The position numbers were made by a program, and so were the translations under genes. A stretch of DNA of 64,000 nt from Candidatus Bathyarchaeia archaeon (lineage in GTDB: Archaea; Thermoproteota; Bathyarchaeia; Bathyarchaeales; Bathycorpusculaceae): contig JBEKKK010000001.1 in the NCBI GenBank assembly GCA_050010755.1, positions 736,001-800,000 of the forward strand, given 5' to 3'. Numbering within the stretch: position 1 is the stretch's first letter; the number at the start of each line of letters is the position of its first letter. Positions 57,185 through 64,000 of the stretch are shown here, one piece after another. A model generated the notes under the pieces. It worked only from the letters and a program-made list of their open reading frames with translations. It was not told where the DNA came from and made no database searches.

Positions 57185-58423
57185 TTAGGATGTTCGTGTT
57201 GCGGCTTTTTCGAGTGCAGCGATTCCTGGAAGCTTTTTGCCCATAAGAAACTCTATTAGTGCTCCGCCGGCTGTGCTGATGTATGAGATTTTCTTGGTTA
57301 GCCCGAACTCTTCGATGGCGGATATCGTGTGTCCTCCTCCAGCTAGGGAGAATGCTTTGGAGTTCGCTATTTCTTCAAGAATTCTTTTTGTTCCGATACT
57401 GAATTCCTTGTTTTCATAGACTCCCATGGGCCCGCTGATGACGATTGACTTTGCCTTCCTTATAATATTCGTGTACTCCTCAACTGTCCTCGTTCCAATG
57501 TCATAGGTCGGGTATTCCGTGGGTAACTCGCTGACGGATATCTCCTTTCTTTTTCCCTTCACTTCAACCGCCATGTCGAGTGGAGTCTTGATTTTGTCGG
57601 GATATTTTTGGATGAGCATCTTTATTCCGGGTAGGAACCCCATGAGTTCTTTCTTTACCAGGTAATCCATGTTCGGTTTGCCGAGGTCTACGCCTTTTGC
57701 TGCAAGGAATACTTGGCCCACGACTCCTCCTGTGAGCACGTAGTTCGCTATTGCCTTGTCCAACACGTACTTCGATATTTCAAGGGAGTCATCGGCCTTT
57801 GCACCGCCGATGATGAATATGCACGGTTTCTCAGGGTTTTCCACGACTTTGCCGAGAGATTTCAGTTCCCTCTCCATTATGCGTCCAGCAACGCTCGGTA
57901 AAACGGCTGTGAAGCCTACCATCGACACGTGCGCCCGGTGCGCGGCTGCAAAGGCATCGTTCACGAAGAGATCCGCCACCGGAGCAAGGTTTTTGACAAG
58001 CTCCGTTTTCGCATGCTCTTCCGGAGTTCCGTCCTTTGTCTCGCCGTCAAACGTTCTCACGTTTTCCAATACGAGAATTTCGCCGCTCTTCAAGCCCTTG
58101 ATAGCGTTCTTGGCCTTCTCTCCGTAGAGATCGTCAACGTACTTGACTGGCTTCTTCAGGATTTTGCTCAGGATTTCAGCGTGCTGCTTCAACGGGATAA
58201 AGTCTGGATCGCCTTTGCGTCCCTGATGCGTCAGGATAACGACTTTTGCACCCTTCTCAGAGAGTTCCTTAATTGTTGTTTCACCGCTTGCACGGATTCT
58301 CGCGTCTTCCAAGATTTTATGGGTTTTCGGGTCGATGGCTGAATTGAAGTCAACCCTTACCAGCACAACTTTGTCCTTAACTTTCACATCATCCAACGTA
58401 AGGAACTTCGGCATATTTTCCAA
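57185..58423 (-). CDS. pgk: phosphoglycerate kinase, archaeal type
   Basis: RVDFNS, HQGR, LENVR, NDAFAAAHR, GGAK, GGGHT, STAGGA. Confidence 0.97.
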   Translation of the reverse strand: MENMPKFLTLDDVKVKDKVVLVRVDFNSAIDPKTHKILEDARIRASGETTIKELSEKGAKVVILTHQGRKGDPDFIPLKQHAEILSKILKKPVKYVDDLYGEKAKNAIKGLKSGEILVLENVRTFDGETKDGTPEEHAKTELVKNLAPVADLFVNDAFAAAHRAHVSMVGFTAVLPSVAGRIMERELKSLGKVVENPEKPCIFIIGGAKADDSLEISKYVLDKAIANYVLTGGVVGQVFLAAKGVDLGKPNMDYLVKKELMGFLPGIKMLIQKYPDKIKTPLDMAVEVKGKRKEISVSELPTEYPTYDIGTRTVEEYTNIIRKAKSIVISGPMGVYENKEFSIGTKRILEEIANSKAFSLAGGGHTISAIEEFGLTKKISYISTAGGALIEFLMGKKLPGIAALEKAATRTS

Positions 58424-58482
58424 CCCCTGACAAATAACAAAAAAACGGCGGGTGTTTTGGATTTAATCGCCTAGCGTTTAGT

Positions 58483-59538
<1,056 letters not shown>

Positions 59539-59698
59539 CTAATTAAGTTTCCGATCCCAGGTTCTGGTAACTTCATTGGCGATGCTTCTCCCTGTTACAA
59601 AACAGGTGACAGAAACGCCCTTGATTTGGGTTCATGTTAAAAATCGGGTGATAATCTGTTGAGTGGATGTACTCGTTAAGGAAAGTCAGGATTTATAA

Positions 59699-60430
59699 AT
59701 GGAAGGCTTGATACAATATTTCATGAATAGAACTGTTACACTCATAATTACTTCTGCTCTGGCATTATCTTTGGTTTTCTCTGCCTTAACTATCTGGTCT
59801 GAGACTGATGTTCTTGTCGAAACGCTTTATGGCCCTACCCGTACTTTACTTATGCCTCCAAACTCTAATGCAACTATTTTGCTGGCAGGGCTTTCAATCG
59901 ACAGATCATATGTGAGCTTTGGCAACTTGTTTAATGCCTCGGAAACATTCAGCATACCAGCAAACTACAACATGCAATTCACCTTATCACTGTCAATATG
60001 GGTTAACAAGTCATATTTTGCACTACTTGAAACTCTGGGATACCCCCCTGAGAACACGACAATTGATGATAGAGTTTCTGATTCAAGCAACTGGAACAAT
60101 CCTTTAGTTACTGGGGAGGGAACTGGATTTCAAGTTAACATGGAACCAAATGTCATATATCAATTGACTATCGGAAACTATGAAGCCTTTGGGGAAAACG
60201 TGACTACTCGTCCCACCCCCTTTACTATTCAAAATACAAGTAACAGCTTACAGATAACGATAGGTGATCCATTATCAATAATCGTCACCTATACAAGAGA
60301 ACCCAACATTAACTTATCTGGCGGTCTCATCATTCTGGATGCAATACTTGTGACGATGACGATATTCTTCGCACGTAACAAGAATCGATCGAACGATCTG
60401 CAAAAGAGCCTTCAAGAAGAAAGCAGGTAA
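59699..60430 (+). CDS. hypothetical membrane protein with N- and C-terminal transmembrane helices
   Basis: hydrophobic termini, sequon-rich middle, AT-rich. Confidence 0.65.
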   Translation: MEGLIQYFMNRTVTLIITSALALSLVFSALTIWSETDVLVETLYGPTRTLLMPPNSNATILLAGLSIDRSYVSFGNLFNASETFSIPANYNMQFTLSLSIWVNKSYFALLETLGYPPENTTIDDRVSDSSNWNNPLVTGEGTGFQVNMEPNVIYQLTIGNYEAFGENVTTRPTPFTIQNTSNSLQITIGDPLSIIVTYTREPNINLSGGLIILDAILVTMTIFFARNKNRSNDLQKSLQEESR

Positions 60431-60564
60431 CTTTGTTTTCAAATTCGTTTCTTGCTAGCATGGACAGCCAATAGGGCTCGTTTGTCACCCGATTTTTAAC
60501 AGCGAAAACCATCGCCTATGAAGTCACCAGAACCCGATCCCATATATGGGAAGAAGGGGCGGTT

Positions 60565-61947
60565 CTAGCGAAGCTTCATCAGAACCATTTCAGCCGCGAG
60601 CACTATCGGCTCCCAAGTTTCGCAGAGCGGCGGTGCGTATGCCGTGTCTGCCTTCACAAGGTCTCTAGCAGTCATCTGTCTCTGTATGGCCAAGGATATG
60701 GCGTTGATTCTCTGCGTCACTTCTTCTCCGCCGATGATTTGAGCTCCGATTATCCGCTGAGACTCCTTCTCGACAACGAGCTTGACTTTTATCGGCAGAG
60801 CCCCAGGATAGTAATCAGCTTTGGTCTTTGAAGTGATCGTGCCCGCGATGGTTTCGATCCTTGCCCTCTGCGCCGCAACTTCTGTAAGCCCAGTCCAGCC
60901 GCAATCGACGTCGAACAATCTTGAAACGGCCGAGCCTAGGGCTCCTGTGAAGAGCGAGTAACCGCCTGCAGCGTTGGTTCCCGCAACTTTTCCCTGTCTA
61001 ACGGCCACTGTGCCGAGTTGCGGCAGGCAAGGTCTCTGAGTCACTATGTTTATCGTTTCTGCGCAGTCACCTATCGCGTAAACGTCTTTAGCGCTTGTCT
61101 CCATCCGCGCGTTAGTCTTTATGGCCTTTGTCTCTCCCAGGACTATTCCAGCGTTAGCAGCGAGTTGAGTGTTTGCTCTCACCCCGAACGCGCTCACAAA
61201 CAGGTCTGCGTTGATCTGTTCGCCCCCAGCAATGATGCCCGTCACCGTGTCGGTGCCGACAAATTCCTCCACCGTCTTGCCTACCATGATGGTTACTCCT
61301 TTTTGTTCAAGCTTTTCTTGGATCATCTTCGCCATTTCAGCATCAAGAGCCTGCGGCAGAACCTGAGGCAACATCTCCACAACGGTTACTTTCAACCCTT
61401 TCTCATACAGTGCGATGCCTGTTTCAAGACCGATTAGTCCGGCTCCCATGATTATCGCGGATTTTGCCCCGTTCTTGACTGCCTCGGATATTCTCTCTCC
61501 GTCGTCAAGCGTTCGAAGGGAGCGTATGCCCTGTTTTTCTTTCCCCTTTATAGGCGGTATGAAAGAGGTTGCTCCCGTGGATATGATGAGACTATCGTAT
61601 GATATGATTTCAGTTTTGCCGTTCTTGTCCGTGGTTTCGACCGTCTTGTTTTGAGTGTTTATTGCTGTAGCTCTAGTCTCGGTTCTAAGGTCCAGCTTCA
61701 TCATCTGGAAGAAGGCTTGGGGAAAAACGATTAGATCCTTGAAGTTCGGTATTTGCCCACCAATCACGAAGGGAAGACCGCAACGCGAGTAGCCTGGATG
61801 TTCTTCTTCAGTTAACAGCGTGATTTCCGCGGTGCGATCCGTCTTTCTGGCTGCAGAAGCTGCATCAACGCCAGCAGCGTGTGCACCGATGATTACTACG
61901 CGTTTTGGCATTTGTTCTTCCTTCACTTTTTGAGAGATTTGTGCCAT
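60565..61947 (-). CDS. CoA-disulfide reductase/NADH oxidase-family flavoprotein
   Basis: single-Cys YSRCGLPF, GAGLIGLE, YAIGDCA, AYAPP. Confidence 0.9.
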   Translation of the reverse strand: MAQISQKVKEEQMPKRVVIIGAHAAGVDAASAARKTDRTAEITLLTEEEHPGYSRCGLPFVIGGQIPNFKDLIVFPQAFFQMMKLDLRTETRATAINTQNKTVETTDKNGKTEIISYDSLIISTGATSFIPPIKGKEKQGIRSLRTLDDGERISEAVKNGAKSAIIMGAGLIGLETGIALYEKGLKVTVVEMLPQVLPQALDAEMAKMIQEKLEQKGVTIMVGKTVEEFVGTDTVTGIIAGGEQINADLFVSAFGVRANTQLAANAGIVLGETKAIKTNARMETSAKDVYAIGDCAETINIVTQRPCLPQLGTVAVRQGKVAGTNAAGGYSLFTGALGSAVSRLFDVDCGWTGLTEVAAQRARIETIAGTITSKTKADYYPGALPIKVKLVVEKESQRIIGAQIIGGEEVTQRINAISLAIQRQMTARDLVKADTAYAPPLCETWEPIVLAAEMVLMKLR

Positions 61948-62333
61948 TCAACTGACTTGTTGAAGTCCATAAGATTGGCCAATTCTGCTTGGAGGTTTGC
62001 AGGCTTCACGATCAGCAGCCATCCCTTGTTGTACGGGTCTTCGTTCAGCAGCTCGGGTTTCGACTGGACTTCCGCGTTCACCTGCTCTATGGCTCCGCTT
62101 ATCGGTGCTACCAAGTCTGATACGGCTTTGACTGATTCCACAGTGCCGTAGGGGTCATTCTGTTTTATGGCTCCTCCCGCAGCGGGAAGTTCCGCGTAGA
62201 CGATTTCTCGCAGTTGTTTCTGAGCGTAGTCTGTTATGCCCACCCTGACCTTGTCGCCCTCGATTTTTAGCCACTCGAACTCTTTTGTGTAGTATAATCC
62301 TTCAGGCACTTCGTACCCTTCAACTTTCACCAT
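61923..62333 (-). CDS. gcvH: glycine cleavage system H protein (lipoyl carrier)
   Basis: GITDYAQ, VESVKAVSD, NEDPY..GW. Confidence 0.96.
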   Translation of the reverse strand: MVKVEGYEVPEGLYYTKEFEWLKIEGDKVRVGITDYAQKQLREIVYAELPAAGGAIKQNDPYGTVESVKAVSDLVAPISGAIEQVNAEVQSKPELLNEDPYNKGWLLIVKPANLQAELANLMDFNKSVEWHKSLKK

Positions 62334-62510
62334 GTTTGTTCACCTTTGAGTAATGTAGTTATTGTTCCATGCTGCAACGTTTAAAATTAACTGTTCACAA
62401 AGATAAATGCGTCCGAACATTTCCAGTTTCAGATAGACCAGTGTTTGCAAGATACGGACGCGGCATCCAAGACATAAAGCGATAAATAGCGAGAAAAAAA
62501 GAAGAGAATC

Positions 62511-63236
62511 ATGGAATTCTCCAATTCCTATGAGGATCCTAAACGCGCAGAAGCCTATGCTAAACTAGAGTTTCCAGGCACGTACTATTTGGCATACAGG
62601 GATTTGCCAAACATCATATTTCAGCACGTCAAAGGAAGGAAAGCATTAGATTTCGGGTGCGGTGCGGGACGTTCCACAAGGTTTCTAAATAAACTCGGGT
62701 TCAACACCGTAGGCGTGGACATATCACCAGACATGATAAAGAAAGCAAGAGAAATCGATCCCAAAGGAGATTATCGCCTCATCGAAGAAAGCGACTTTAC
62801 ACGGTTCAAAGAAAACGCCTACGATCTAGCACTCTCTGTTTTCACGTTTGACAATATCCCCACAATGGAAAAGAAAGTCAAGAACTTCATAGGACTCAGA
62901 AGGCTACTGAACAGCGAAGGAAGAGTGGTAAGCGTGGTCTCCTCACCAGAAATATACGTCCATGAATGGGCATCATTTTCCACAAAAGACTATCCCGAGA
63001 ACAAACACGCGAAAAGCGGAGACAAAGTGAAGATAATTCAAACAGACATCGAAGACAAAAGGCCAGTGGAAGATATCGTCTGGACAGACGAGTACTATCA
63101 AAAGACCTACAAGAGAGCTGGATTGGAAATGATCAAGACGTACAAACCCTTAGCAAAAGAGGATGAACCGTACGAATGGGTCAATGAAACAAAGATCGCC
63201 CCTTGGGTAATCTACGTTCTAGAAAGAAGCGTATAG
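62511..63236 (+). CDS. class I SAM-dependent methyltransferase
   Basis: ALDFGCGAGRS, GVDISPDM. Confidence 0.9.
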   Translation: MEFSNSYEDPKRAEAYAKLEFPGTYYLAYRDLPNIIFQHVKGRKALDFGCGAGRSTRFLNKLGFNTVGVDISPDMIKKAREIDPKGDYRLIEESDFTRFKENAYDLALSVFTFDNIPTMEKKVKNFIGLRRLLNSEGRVVSVVSSPEIYVHEWASFSTKDYPENKHAKSGDKVKIIQTDIEDKRPVEDIVWTDEYYQKTYKRAGLEMIKTYKPLAKEDEPYEWVNETKIAPWVIYVLERSV

Positions 63237-63293
63237 CCTCGTAGCGTACGCGAAGCTATTATACTTCGGATTCCCAACTAGGCTGATTTAGTT

Positions 63294-64000
63294 ATGAAGG
63301 CCGTTTATCTGCCCTGGTTACACATGCACCAGCCGATGGTGTTCTCTGACGATAACGAAATCGAGGGCAACTTGGAAAAAATGTTCAGTTCCGAAGACTC
63401 AAGAGATCAGTGGGATGCCAGACTGATGGCGATGGCTTATAGAAACCCTGCTTTCTGGGTCAGAAACCTTGAAGGCGAAGGAAAACAGCCGAGGGTTGCA
63501 GTCGATTTCTCCGGGCTTCTCCTTGAAAATCTCGAAAAAACGAGGAAACTCTATTCTCAAAAGGACGTGGATGGCAACGTAATAGGAGACATAATCGAGC
63601 TTTGGAAGCAGGTTCTTCATGAATATCCTAGCTCCATAGAGTTTTCGGGAACAGCGTACGCTCACTGTTACTTCCCCGTCACTCCAGAAGAAGACTGGGA
63701 ACCCCAGATCGACTTCTGGAGAAAAACATTCCGTTCGCTTTTTGGTCCCGAACCCATCAAGAAGGTCAAAGGATTCTGGCTGCCAGAGATGGGTGTTCCA
63801 GCTACTGAGGGACTGAGTAGACTGGTGACGCTGCTGAAGAGCAGGGGCTACGAATGGCTGATTCTGCCGATCGAAGCCGTGAAGGCTGAGAGAACCATGT
63901 CCTACGAAAAACACGTTGAGACCTTCAGCCATCCCCACGTTCTCAGAACCGAGGGCGAAGAGATAACCGCCGTTTTCAGGCCGAAGTACAATTTCATTAA
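63294..64000 (+). CDS. GH57 glycoside hydrolase, 3'-truncated by window edge (absent from the ORF track)
   Basis: manual translation MKAVYLPWLHMHQP...DFSGLLLE...GTAYAHCYFP...GFWLPEMG. Confidence 0.88.
   Translation, partial: MKAVYLPWLHMHQPMVFSDDNEIEGNLEKMFSSEDSRDQWDARLMAMAYRNPAFWVRNLEGEGKQPRVAVDFSGLLLENLEKTRKLYSQKDVDGNVIGDIIELWKQVLHEYPSSIEFSGTAYAHCYFPVTPEEDWEPQIDFWRKTFRSLFGPEPIKKVKGFWLPEMGVPATEGLSRLVTLLKSRGYEWLILPIEAVKAERTMSYEKHVETFSHPHVLRTEGEEITAVFRPKYNFI

Overview
This is an archaeal chromosomal window. Gene content and style suggest Bathyarchaeia, which is an inference. The housekeeping and catabolic backbone comprises thrS, proS, two tungsten AOR-family oxidoreductases, tdh-kbl, apgM, tldD/pmbA, a GT4/GH57 alpha-glucan cluster, pgk-gap and gcvH. 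It is interrupted by a 15.5-kb integrated element (19846-35349) bounded by a 14-bp direct repeat. The left copy of that repeat lies inside the C-terminal PCNA-binding (PIP-box) codons of endonuclease Q, and the element supplies a replacement PIP box. The element encodes a tyrosine integrase and a family-B polymerase with the motif signature of primer-independent piPolBs plus a C-terminal HTH. It also carries a type I R-M system whose hsdR is frameshifted by one extra 7-bp repeat unit, a HEPN protein, a DUF3800-like protein, a small repeated-promoter cassette array, and a PD-(D/E)XK nuclease gene exactly enclosed by ~49-bp inverted repeats. Together these make it a candidate archaeal pipolin. 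Elsewhere are an orphan terminase operon whose 88-bp leader is copied ~51 kb away, an AT-rich cassette bounded by 25-bp inverted repeats, and a KaiC-like/GDH/RHH module with a shared bipartite motif. There is also an iteron-like locus and recurrent intergenic GCGCGCGC motifs. All assignments come from motif reading only; no database searches were run.
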